Assembly (NCBI GenBank): GCA_030704615.1
Contig: CM060731.1
Span: 22,320,001-22,384,000 of the forward strand
DNA: 64,000 nt
DNA from: Takakia lepidozioides
Taxonomy: Eukaryota > Plantae > Bryophyta
Direction: 5' to 3'
Each line of letters opens with the position of its first letter. Position 1 is the stretch's first letter. Shown piece after piece: positions 38,335 through 51,200 of the stretch. Under the pieces are notes generated by a model. The model had not been told where the DNA came from and searched no databases. It saw only the letters and a list, made by a program, of their open reading frames with translations. Both the position numbers and the translations under genes were made by a program.

Positions 38335-39960
38335 ATCGCCCCCCTAGCCACCGGATAGCTCACAAGTATCCATCCCAATAAGATCATTGCTTGGTCATCA
38401 ATCGCCCAAGTCCCAGTATCTGAAGTCAATAGATCAAGAGGTCGGGTGCAAAAGTAGCCCCATCGTTACTCGCCTTCCTACAATCCATGGCTTCAATTGG
38501 GTGTCCATGGCATTGAACTCCTGTTAGCTAGACCTTGGATCACTTGTCAATTTCACCACTGTCATGCTCCACTACCTCTGTCCAAGGCATCGTGGATACA
38601 ATCATTCTCCACTATGAATCTCCTCAAGTGGCGGTGTCAAGCATCCCATGTGCCACCCCCTTGAGCATTTGTCATACACTAACATGGTCGCGGCACCACC
38701 AGCATGCCCACATAGCATGCAACGCACCCTGCATGTACCACTGCAAGGTTGGGATCTATCCTCCCATCCACATGTGGAAGGTGACATGGCGCACAATTAC
38801 GCACATGGTCCTTCCATACCATGCCATCTCGACCCTCCAGAATCAACACTCCTGAAGGCAACACCTCCCGGACCCTTAGAATCACACGACCTGCTGTGAC
38901 ATCCAAGGTCGTAGGCGTTGTCTGCTGCAGATACACATAGTCCTCAGGATGGAAACGCCGAACACCTGGCCGATATCCCCCTCCACGTATAGTAACGTAC
39001 CTCAATGTGTCTCGGTGTTGGGCAATAGCAAGGTTCTCAAAAGCCATAGGCATGACTCCTGAGTCGGGTGGTTGCCCTGGGTAATGGGCAGCGTGTTTTG
39101 CAGCACCACCCACTCGCATTTCCCGAGCCACACCAATTCTCCCCAATGACATTCGTGGCTCTACCTCTGACACACTTGGGTGAGCGGGTGCCATTGATGG
39201 CGTAGGTGGCACTATCTCAGCCATTGTAAAGGACTGTGGAAGCCTTATCTGACGACTTGATTCCCCCCTTTGTGGATCAAAATCCACATCCGCTCCTCTT
39301 GGCTCAGGAGCACGCGTTGCTGCTCGAGTGACAACAACAGCAGAGTCCAATACATGCAATGTCCCTACAAGTGCGGCTCCACACATGAAGCCCATACCAA
39401 TCTGGTCTTCCCTAGGCATATGAGGTTGTGCAGGTGGGGCTTGAACCTCAAGCCTTGGAGCTGGCGCAACATGAGTAGTGGACATGGCAACAAGACGTTG
39501 CTCTCGCTGGGCAAGTCTATCCACCATGCCTTGGTCATGACCTTGACCCTGACCCTGTGCTCCTTGGTTTTGGTTATGACCTCCACCACGACCTGTACCT
39601 CCTCTACCTCTCTATGACTACATTGCCTCGTCCTCGGCCACCATTGTTCTCTTGGAACTAGCCTGGCTGCAAGTCATAACAATGGGCCTCCTCATGCCCA
39701 TACTTTCTACAGTGCCCACACTGTAGTTGTGTAGGCTGTGCCTGTGCCGGCCCTTTGCCTCTCTCCGGGCAATCCTTCTTGATATGGGGTCCTCCACAAT
39801 CCCAACAAGTCACACCGACTGTTGTTGGCCTGAGCATGAATGAAGAGACCTCTGCATCTGAGATCATCTCTGTCCTTCCCTGGGCTTCGTCTGAGCCCTC
39901 TTGTTTCCTTGAGCACGTTGGGGAGTTGGTTATTGTTGGCTAGGAACTCCACTTCATTGT
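38335..39960 (-). mobile_element. Internally deleted Ty3/Gypsy element: gag with two CCHC knuckles, integrase C-terminus, PHD finger, PPT
   Basis: CWDCGGPHIKKDC and CGHCRKYGHEEAHC; MPMAFENLAIAQHRDTLRY...RRFHPEDYVYLQQ...LEGRDG (post-integrase); CMLCG..TMLVYDKCSRGWHMGCLTPPLEEIHSGE*LYPRC (PHD); purine tract ggctaggggggcgat at 38349-38335 next to LTR sequence. Confidence 0.85.
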
Positions 39961-42249
39961 GTTGCCAAACCCCACCATAACCACTTGCTTCTCCACCATA
40001 TTGAGCTCTATCCGCTCTGATAGCAGGGTTTCATGTGCATCCCATGCTAGGGTTTTGTGCCCTATCCTCTACTAATCGCACGGTGCTTGCTGTGTCCGTG
40101 GATCCTTTGAGCACTGTAACGACGCTATGTCGGGAGCTTGCGAGCCTCAGCTCATGTTTTTTATGATGTGGCATGAGCCTAGGCTCACCTTTGCCATGTG
40201 ACATGCTTCTAGGCTCATATACGCTACGTCATCAATAAGAAATGTGACCTATACCCATGGAAGAATGATCATACAAACCGTAAGGAGCTTTGGTTTGCGA
40301 GCCTCAATGACGTCAACTTCAAGTTTAACACTATTATGAAATAGAATGGACAACAACAGCCCGCAACAACAGATATAGAGACACCCAAATATTTCATAAT
40401 GGATTTTTATCCTTGTTACAAAAAATGACAACAAACAAAGAATGTGCCAATGACTCAACTACATTCTTTTCACCTTCAATTGTTGGCTGATTGCTCATAG
40501 TATTTGGCTTTTTTGCTTTGGACTCGTTTTGGGGATAGTGGGAGTGAGACTCTTGAGGTGGAGGATCTCATGACTTGAGAGAGATCATATGTGGAGCTTT
40601 TGGTGAAGAGAGAGTGGTCTTTGAGGGATTCAGATGTCTCTGTTGGCAATGCATGTGTGGGGTTTCATTTCACAACAATCAGCATCTGCTGAATGCATTC
40701 CTGTGATGTTCATCATGCCTTGACGCTGTTAGGTTATCATTGGAGTCTAGAGCTGCCTTGGAACTCACTGTTTTCTTAAAATGAACTGAGGGCAATAAAA
40801 GATTTTGAGAGAGAGAGAAGATAAGTGATACCAAGGCTTACTTAGCCAAGGTTACTAATGGTGAAGAATTATAGAGGTGTTTATATCTGATAAGCCCCAT
40901 GAGCACATTGATGCCTTGATATTTTGCTATCTCTCTGTGATTACCGAGTTGGCATATGCAATTACAGGAGCCATAACATAAAGTGTTGAGCATCTGCTGT
41001 TCTTTCTCTTCCACTGCAAGGTAGCAAGCGTGGAATGTAACGGTATTCTTGGCACTATTTAACACTTGGGTAGTTTATGTAGCCCCCTTTTTTCACACCA
41101 CAGAAATCTGTCCGTCATTACTCATGTGATCATGTGACTTTGCATTTCATGTTTATGTTTAGCGGGAGATATTAATCCTGCATGAAATACCTTTGTTTGG
41201 GACAAGACCAGGGATGTATGGAATCTCCGCCATACACTACTGTTTATTATTTATTTTATTGATTATGCCCAGATATTACTTGTTATCGGCCTTCATATTA
41301 ACGCCTCCCCACCCACCGCCCCCTCCAATAATCTTACCAACCACCTTATTGAATTCACCTATTGCCATGACCGATACCCCAATATAGCCATCATAAACAA
41401 ACGCGAAAAAATATGCTCTTCTCATCCGAAAACTCAGACGGTAGGCATGGAACACTGGTCCCGGCCTAACAATAATCACAATTGGAACCAGAGGCGGTAT
41501 TCATAATGATAGCATTAATGCTCTTCATAACAACTTCAAAACCCCTACCACTACCATTCATCAATGCTTTAAAGATATCCACCTCACTGTCATGCGATTT
41601 CTTACAGAGAACTGACCATTAGTTAGAATCAATCTCAAATGTTCGGAGGAGCGATGTAGGAGCTCCATGGTTTGCGGTGAGAGACAAAGACTCCCAACGG
41701 TCTCTTCGTCTCTCTCACCTCAAGGATCTATCGACGTTCTCGATTCCTTCCCTGCGAGTTGGGAAATTTAGGCTTCATTTCCCCTCATGATTTTTTCCCC
41801 ATCATTTGAGCTTCTTTTCATTATATTCTTCACAAAACTTGATTATGTACTAAAACTTTCACACCTCTTTTCCTAATCATCACCATTTCATCCTAACACC
41901 TTTACTTCGCAGCATGTAAGTGGCACTATTTATCATCAACAGGCTTCTCACGGCTCTGTTGTCGCCGTCAATATCAAGTCCAAAATTTAACTCCTGCCAC
42001 TTGGTCGGCTCTCTCAGCCGTCACCCTCCATTATTCCGCTTCTCTACCCCCTGCCAAAATAGAGAGAAGACTCCGGCCGAAACCGGCGTAACTAAAAGCC
42101 ACTTCGCCTCATGACTACTTCCCCCTTTTGGGGGTGGGCCCTATAAAAAAACAGATGTCCAGGGGACACCGGGTAACCATGGGATAGGGTAACCCCCGGA
42201 CATCGCAAATCATTTTGGGTCTTACTTGGGTTGCATTGCCGTCTTTGAT

Positions 42250-43300
42250 CCATTCCTGAACATAGATAACATCAACTCGGCCTAGCATGGAAATCTGCTA
42301 CTATTGCATCAAAAGTGAATGAGACAGGCAGTGCAAATTTGTTCTTATGATGCCTAACGAGGCTAGCTTCCCGCCCTTCGTAAAGCTACCTATTGACGAG
42401 GAAAGTAATACTACACCATCAGGCTAATGGAAGACACCTCATCTATGGCTTGTTTCAATTGCAGGAAATTGGGACACATCAAAATGGAATGCAAGGAAGG
42501 GAAGAGGAAGAGAATGGGAGTCAGAATCCACACTCCCTCCTCCCCTCGGCCAACTACTTCTGAATGCTTTCCCATTTCCAGGATCCCTATTGCAACAGGG
42601 AATCCCATAGATCTGCTACAAATTACAAGCCCCTCTGATGGTGCTATCAATGGGCTAGATGAGGCGACTGGGCTCCTCCACATCAACCCCTCGCCTCTAG
42701 CTTCCAAGAAGAAAAGGGATGAATCGGACCCCATGCGAATTGAATCTCGAGTGAACAGAGCTTCTTCCTAGGGGAGACGGCCTGCATTGTCCAACCCCCT
42801 TTTCCCCCCTTGCAGACTCTGGTATCCTCCCAAAGGCCCCACTCAAAAACCACTGTTCTCGCTAGAATTGCCAACAACCCTTCCATTGCGAAAATTTTTA
42901 TGAGTATTAGATCCTTCCCCAATCTTTCCCTCCGCTGTTCCTCTGAGGTCAACACTGTGATTGCCCATTTAAGCCTCTTGCATCACACCCTGGTGTTCAA
43001 GAAGGGCCCTCCGCAATCATTTGGTCACTAAATCAGCATGGGAGGACTTTATTTCACTGTGGATCACTGTTCAAGACGTCCGCCACTTCATGGCTACTTG
43101 CCCTCCTAACGGTTGCCCAAAAAACATGCTTAGGAAGAAAATTCAAGACTTCTTTTTCTCATTTCTGCCACACTCATCTTTAGGCACTACAAAAGTCTCC
43201 TGGGACTCTTACTTGGAAGTTTTCCATGGTCTCAGCTGCAACCCTGCAACCCACATTCTAGCTTCACTGAGGAATGAGATGTGATTAATCTGCCTATCCT
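42250..43300 (+). mobile_element. Degenerate L1-type LINE remnant (ORF1 zinc knuckle)
   Basis: CFNCRKLGHIKMEC knuckle followed by a low-complexity S/P-rich region; fragmented frames. Confidence 0.5.
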
Positions 43301-44578
43301 GATTTCTACCTACTGAACCTATGTGTATGCTAGCACTTGTTTCTGACTATACATAGACTCAGTTTGTTGGAAACGGCCAAGCACAACATCAATGTTGTTC
43401 AGGTTATTCAAGCACGTCATTAGAGCCATATGGTGGCGTACTACTCATAGGTTTCTTTTGTGCAAATAATGTGTGTGCGTTTGTAGCCTGGCAAACAGGT
43501 GTCCAAGCCAAAATTGTGCATTGACGAACCTTACTTGATTGTCATCTTGCTTGGTCATCAATACAGATTGCTTCTTCAGCATACATCTATCTGCCGAAAT
43601 CAAAGGGCACAATTCATGCATCACAATTGGTGCCTTTTAAGTTTACATTTGACCTAACCTAACATATTCGACCTACAACGTCGAAAATTGTTGTGGTTTT
43701 GACACCCAAGAAACGGAAGCAAGGCGAATTGCATGAGATGGCAGAAGACTGATCAGCTCTGTTGCATGATGACTTGGCTTTGACTTGGCTTTGATTAGTG
43801 TGGTGATCACCATTCATTTGTTGGATGTAATAGGTGCATTTGGGTTTTTTCCAATTGAAGGTTTTGTCGTTCGCTCAACTTGTAGAGCAAAGCTTTCCTT
43901 TCTCTCTAGTTTTCTCTTCCCACTTGCTTGACGACTATTAGATGGTATGCTTAGCTCACATAAGCTTAGTAGCAAGTGGCGGTGGCAGGCTTCAGATATC
44001 TGAGGGACCTTGTTCTACGCATAGCTTTATTCCTCATGAATGAATGACATAGTTACTGTTAGGATGAAGCCTCCTCAAGGGCCTGAATTGTGAGCAGTAG
44101 CTCCCAGGTTTCCTTTAATATATATATATTTATTTATTTATTTAAAGAAAAGAAAAAAGGATGAAGTTGATCTTTGTTAACAACTAGTTTTAGATATGAC
44201 TAGCTTGGCTAGCAACTTATCTCTTATGGCACTTGGGCTAGGAATTTGAGTGGCGTATAAACACCAACTAGTTGGCTGATTTGCTTAGGGTTATGATTCC
44301 TATTTAAACCTGGAAGTTTGGGCTCTTGGGGGTGGTGTTTTTGGTGTTAAACTGGTGTACAGTTGGTTGGATGAATGATGTTGGTTGTATTAGTGCGATC
44401 AATAGTGTATGTGTTGTTTGGAAGGTTGTGGAAGAAACATCCCTTTCCTCTATGATCTATCCCTTCTGCCTCGCTTGCATGCTTACATAATATCCCATAA
44501 TAGTCAACACTACTTAGGAGAAGAGGAATCACTAGTGGAGCAAGAATCTCGGTTCATGCAGACAGAAACAATTTCCAT

Positions 44579-44580
<2 letters not shown>

Positions 44581-44619
<39 letters not shown>
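44581..44619. repeat. (AAT)n microsatellite
   Basis: 13 AAT units seen directly. Confidence 0.95.
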
Positions 44620-45295
44620 TGTATACTAATTTATATGACAATTAATTAGAAAAACATTTTTCCAACAAGTTTCATGGAAACAACAAACAACCTTGATATA
44701 AGGTTAAGTCAGCTGTCAGAAGCAATTTAATGTCAATTTAATGTTTGCACAGTAATCTAAATGACCACTAATTTAAGAAAACATGTTCCCAACAAGTATG
44801 ATGGGAACAACCCATGCCGAGGGTGACTCAGGGAAGGGCGAACGGGGAAAAGGACGGAGGGGTGGTGGCAAGGGGGGGTTGTTGGGGTAATCGAAAGAGC
44901 GCGGGTGCCACCAACCAACGAGCGCTTTGGAAACTCCGTCCAACGCTCTGCGGCTGCCACGTCGGCCTTCGCCTTGTCGGGAGCGCGTGGAGAGTGTCGC
45001 CCTCGCACTACTGACGGCTCTCTCTTCAACGCTCCTCCCTTCCTACAATGCGCTCCCTTACGATCCCGCTTCACTTTCCTCAAAAAGCCTGCGGTGCAGG
45101 ACCAAGCTGATGTATTTGGAATTTTTTTTCTGTTGAATTTGGTGCCCTGTGGCGCACGGGAGGGAACTGTGCTGAAGGAATTCCGTTAGTTGATCTGTGA
45201 GTGTCGTGATTTTCAGGCTCTGTTACATGCACGCGTTCTGTGGAGAAGTATAATTTCTTGCTCGACTTTTTTTGAGTTCGAGTTAGTCGTTTGAG

Positions 45296-48200
45296 ATGGC
45301 GCAAGCAATGCGCTTGCCTTCTTTGGCGACGTACTGCGTGCAAGGTGAACTTGCTGGAGATCGATGCGCTGTTGCAGGAAGAAGCCAGGTCTCTGTTTCC
45401 CTTCCTCTGTCGACAATGTCCCGGGGCGCAATCGGGAGGTCTCTAAGAAGAAAGTGTAAAAACAGCACAGGCCTACACAGAATGTCGTCTGTCGTGAATG
45501 TCTTGACTGGGAAAGAGGAAGGCGCTGAAACAGTCGTGGAGCCCGAGAGCCGCACGACCTTCGAGGTGTTAAAGGGTTTGGAAGCCACTGTTCAAGAGTC
45601 TACCAATGGTATTGCATCCTTCAAGAAGGAAGAAGCGTTGACCAAGGGTATTGAGATCGACATAGTGATAGAAAAGGATCTCAAGGAGAACGGCTTTCGC
45701 AGTACGCGACGCACAAAGCTGGTCGCAACTATCGGGCCTGCCTGTTGCACGTTTGAGCAGCTTGAGGCGCTGGCATCTGCGGGGATGAATGTGGCTCGGC
45801 TCAACCTGTGTCATGGGACAAGAGAATGGCATCGCAATGTCATTCACAACTGCCGTAGATTGAATGCAGAGAAGGGATACGCAGTCGCAGTGATGATGGA
45901 CACCGAGGGCAGCGAGATTCACATGGGAGATTTGGGAGGTGTGTCTTCTGCTAAAACGGAGGTAACGCACCGTCCTAAATGTTCTCTTGTTGGTTTGACC
46001 GTGCTATCAGAAGGACACTTTTATGATCTCTCCTGTGCACACGCAGTTTCATTCCAAAACATTTAATCTGGCATGCTCTAAACTGCATGGTGGATGTTGG
46101 AAACAGAGACACAAGCTGAGATGGATTGCTGTCTAACCTGTACGGCTCTTGTGTCATTCTGGATCAATCCACTGCCTGATAGATCGGAGATTTCCATACA
46201 AAATTGAACATTATATATATATATATATATATATTTGGTAAAGATCTTCCTTCCACCATGAATACATTGTTGCAGTTGTATTAATTGGTGTGGCGGTACC
46301 GTATTCTTTCTCTTATTTGGAAGTTTATGTCACAACGGAGGTGCAAAGAATCCACTAGGCAGTTTTAAAATCTTCCATTCTCCTTTTGATAGCGATTCCG
46401 GCAACCTTTTGGCAACCTTTTGGGTCCCCTTGGAATTCACAACCTTTGGCCAAGCATTCGCCAAGTGTTTCACAATCTCTTGACAATCATTGGCAACCTT
46501 TTGAGCAAATGGTGGCGCCATATGAAGGAAGAATCGACCCCTGCGCATGTACATTCCCTCTGGGTCCCACCCAATTGACCTTATTAACTATATTCACTTC
46601 ATGATTGCCTGTGGTATGTGATAATTATCAGTGGTCTGTAAAAATATTCATTCACAGCCTCTATGGGAATGGTGAATGCATAGAGGTGGCAGCTTGACTC
46701 TCTCTTTCACACACACACACACTCTCTCTCTCTCCTCTCTCTCTCTCTCCTCTCCAATTGTAATTGGGATGCTCATATCCGGAAAGTTGTTCAAACTGGC
46801 AAGGGCAAAGCTCTGGGGCTCACTAAATTTTTCCACTGCAGAGGGGTCAACTCTGAGGTTAAGAAAACCATGCTTTGTCGCGTTATTAGACCTGCCTTGG
46901 AGTACGGATCTGCTATATGGGTTGATAACTCCAACCAGGCTAAGTCTCTAGAATCCATTCAAGTGGGGGTGCTTAAGGAGTGTATGTCAGCATGCTCCAA
47001 AACAGCCAATGTGGCTGTTCGGGGTGAGTTTGGCATTCCGTCCTTAAGCTCCCGACGAGATGAATTCAAGGTCAGATGGTGGGGTCAGCTGCAACATATG
47101 CCCAACACCAGATATCCTAAGTTAATCGACTCTATATCTTGGAAACAGGACCGCCTTGTCAAACAGGCTAAGTCCTGTCAGAAGAGAGTAGAAGAGATCC
47201 TCAAGGACCTGGACCTGGATCCGCAAGTCTTGACCCTGCTGGATAAATCTGACTTAGAGGCTGTAGTGTCCTCAGCCATGTCTGTTGTCATGAGATTGTC
47301 TGATGAAAATGAAGTTAGGCAGAAAACTTCCCTGAACTTGTTTCCAGTCTGTGACATGGGGGAGGACATCTTGGATGACCTCAAGGGTCTACCCACTCTC
47401 GGCACTAGACTGAAATTTAAACTCAGGGCAGGAAGCCTACCTTTGAACAGCAAACAGAAGCAGAGAGGAAAGGGAGAGTGCAATTGCCCGTTGTGTGGGC
47501 AATCTGAAGACAGTATTCATTTTCTGATACACTGTCCGGGGTTCTCTCACCAAAGAGACGCTCTCTTCAAATCTATTAAGGGAATTGTGCCTGTACCCCT
47601 GTTTACCAACTTCGAAAGTCTCGAGGCTGAGCCAAAAGCCCAGGCCCTCCTGAGGCCTAGTTTTTGGGCAAATCACACACAGCAGATTGATGCTTGTGTG
47701 AAGGGATTTCTAGAGGATATCTGGAAAACCCGGATTAATTCTTTATATGGAGGTAAGTCTTACTACCAACGTCAGCCCCTGACAGAGGTAGGTTCTGTCC
47801 CTTTTGTTCCCGCTCAAACTGGGCACGGGGTCAATGGCCACAAGGCTACGGCAAACAACGTCCTATGAGTACAATCTCTCCTTTCCTGTGTGGACATAGT
47901 AGATTTCCTTCTCTTTGGGCTGCCTTAGGTGTTATGAAGTTCCTTTCAGTCTTTCCTTCTTTCTTTGTCTCTCATTGTTGGGGTTTAGCAAGAATGTTGC
48001 TGAGGACCAAAAGGGAAATTATGTATGCCTTTTTCAAGGGATCCAGAAGGGTTGTACGACATGGTCTATCAGTGGAAGATATCAAACCATTGGGTTTTAG
48101 TGGTAGCCAATCTGAACACCTCGCCCAAATGAGCCCCTGGTCCTTGCTAGTTCTTATCAAGAAATCATTGATTTTGCACATACTCTTTCAATGAGACATG

Positions 48201-51200
48201 AGTTTGACCTCCTCCTTGTCTTGCATCCTCACGCTGCAGAATTAGTCATGAGACTATCACAGGCAGTCAATCTGTAGAATGAGTAGTACTATAGGCTTAT
48301 TCTTTTGTAAACTGCATATGTACATGCATAAGTTTTAAGTTACATCAAGGTCTCAGAAAGCCAGGTGCACCAACTCCCTGTTTTGAAGAAGGGTTTAACG
48401 TTTGCTGAAGAATGCCAACTTCTGATCCCAGTTTTAACTGTTGAAATGAAGGATGGGGAGGAGTGGGTTTTCACGGTGCGTAAATTCAGCGGGCCTTTGC
48501 CTGCCTCCACCATTCAGGTCAACTACGATGGTTTTGCTGAGGGTAATCCCTCAATTCTTTCCAGTGTACTTTATCCCGCAATCATTTAGCGCCCCTATGG
48601 ATGTCAATCCACATAGTACAAAGACCTTGATACTTTGCAGGCTCCTTATACGGTCGCATGCCGCAGCAGGGCCGCTTGGGTGACTCAAAATTGCTTAGTA
48701 GAGGTAGAAGGAGAGCAAACCCAGTTTTAACATGTAGACGCCCCCACCCTTCCCTCCATCTCTTTCTCTTTCTGTGCTGGCAACAACTGTATGACAACCA
48801 TGATCTTTTCTCTTACTCTCTCTTTCTCTGTTTGAGAGGTTTTGTGTTCTACTTTGTACCATGGCCCTCAGGGCCTCCTATGGATGTTTTAGAGGATTTT
48901 CTCACATGTGACAGAATGGATGGCAGATGTGAAGGTGGGGGATGAGCTGGTAGTGGATGGAGGCATGGTGCGATTTGAGGTGGTGGAGAAGTCGGGCCCT
49001 GATGTGAAGTGCAAGTGCATTGACCCTGGTCTCCTTCTGCCACGTGCTAATCTCACGTTCTGGCGTGATGGCCACATCGTGCGTGAGAAGAATGTTATGC
49101 TTCCCACTATCTCTTCCAAGGCATGTCTTCTCCTCTTGGGTAGTCTTTGGTTCTTTGCTGTTCTACATGTGTGCCTTGTGCCTTTCGCCTCCTGCAGATA
49201 TACTAATTCGTTCTTTCCTTCTGTCATTTCATTTCATTTCCTCTGTGTTTGTACTGTGTTGTCTACTGTATCCTGTTGGGCCTCCAGTAAACGTAAAGTT
49301 ACTTTTCCTTCTTCTCCTTTAGAACCTCTTGTGGATTTACTAAACTTACTAGAATTTTTTCTTTCGTCGTCTCTCTCTTCACAACCTAGTCAGTCTGATC
49401 ACAGCACATTGTTGCTTCTGAGGAAGGAGTGGGCTAGATTAGAAAATGTTGGAATCATCATCTGTTTTCTTCTGTGATACAAATGGCACCCTTAAATCAG
49501 TTTGCAACTCCCTGTTGTTTGTTTGTTGTCCAACTCTGGACAAGTGCTATGGCACTTTGGGCTAAGTTTTTATATTTTGGTAGGTACAAACATGTCTCTT
49601 TCCCTGTGTCGGTGTGGTTGGTTTGAGAGCCCTTGTTCCATTCACAACTTCGCCGTTTGCATGTTTAAGAGAACTCCTGCATGAGCTTGCTGAAGGTGGC
49701 CAGGAAAGCTTAGTTTGTTGCAATGTGGGCTGCAGGACTGGGTTGATATTGACTTTGGAATCTCGGAGGGTGTGGACTTCATTGCCGTGTCGTTTGTTAA
49801 GACCCATGAAGTCATCACACATCTCAAGAGCTATATTCAGGCCCGGTCGCCTAATAGGTACTAACCTCAAAGCTTTTCATTCGATGTTACCTGCATCCGC
49901 TGGGTGTGTTACCCTGTATACAGTCCACATGTTAATTTTGATGGTTTCAGCAAAGGCTCTCAACCCTTTATCATGGAAGTTGATCATTTCTTCCCTTCAA
50001 TTCTCACGAACCCACCAATCTGTCTTTAATACTTTTCCATGCACTTGCTTTGCTTGTTGACTGTGTAGCTCCATTGGCGTGTTTGCCAAGATTGAAGCCG
50101 TCGACTCACTCAGCTGCTTGGAAGACATAGTTCGAGTTTCTGATGGAGCCATGGTGGCCAGAGGGGACCTTGGGGCGCAAATCCCACTCGAACAAGTGCC
50201 ATCTGTGCAAGAGACCATCATTGATGTTTGCCGCAAGCTGAACAAGCCTGTCATTGTTGCATCACAGCTTCTCGAATCTATGATTGAGTACCCAACACCA
50301 ACCCGTGCAGAGGTCGGACATTTCTTCAACCTCCTTTTGTTTGACAGCCTATGTGAAGGCTCAAGGCAAGAGCTGAAAGGATCTTGTGCTTTGTATATAC
50401 ATGTGCCAACTGCCAGTGAATCAGCAGAACTTGGAGCTGTAAAGGAATGTACTCATAAGACGATGTTTACTGTAGCCTTGTGGCCATAGAGTTTGGGCCC
50501 AGTTTGGGCAGAACAAGCGCGAACTGAGACTATGTGAGGCTCACATCAGTAGTGGGACTTACCTTGATATAAACAATTACTTTGGGCTTTCCAGATTTCC
50601 TCTAGAAATCCCTTCACACGAGCATCAATCTGCTGTGTGTGAGCTGCCAGGGCTTTAGGCTCAGTCTAGAGATTTTGAAAGCTGGTAAACGGAGGTGCAG
50701 GGACTATGTCTCCCTTTCCTCTCTGCATCTTTTTATTGTTCAAAGGTAGACTCCCCACCCCAAGTTTAAATTTCAGTCTAGTGCTGGGGGTAGGTAGGTC
50801 CTTCAGATCATCCGTCAGGTCCTCGCCCATGTAACACATGGGAAACAAGGTTACGCCTAACTTCGCTGGGAGCTGTAAACAAAAGGGTATGAAGAGCAGG
50901 AGAAAATGAAGGAACTCTAAAAAAGGAAGAAAGAAATCTAGTATGTCCACAGTAGGCCCCAATGGCACAAGGAAGGGATGAAGAGATAGAGATAATAAGT
51001 TTGGCAGAAAGTTCTTTCATGTATGCTAATGATGGAGCAGTGGATGACTGGCAGGTAGCAGATGTATCAGACGTAGTCAGACAGAAAGCAGATGCTTTGA
51101 TGCTATCTGGGGAGTCAGCAATGGGTCTGTTCCCTCAGAAGGCCATAGAGGTGCTGCATACAGTGAGCTTGCGTATGGAGCATTGGTGCCGTGAGGAAAA

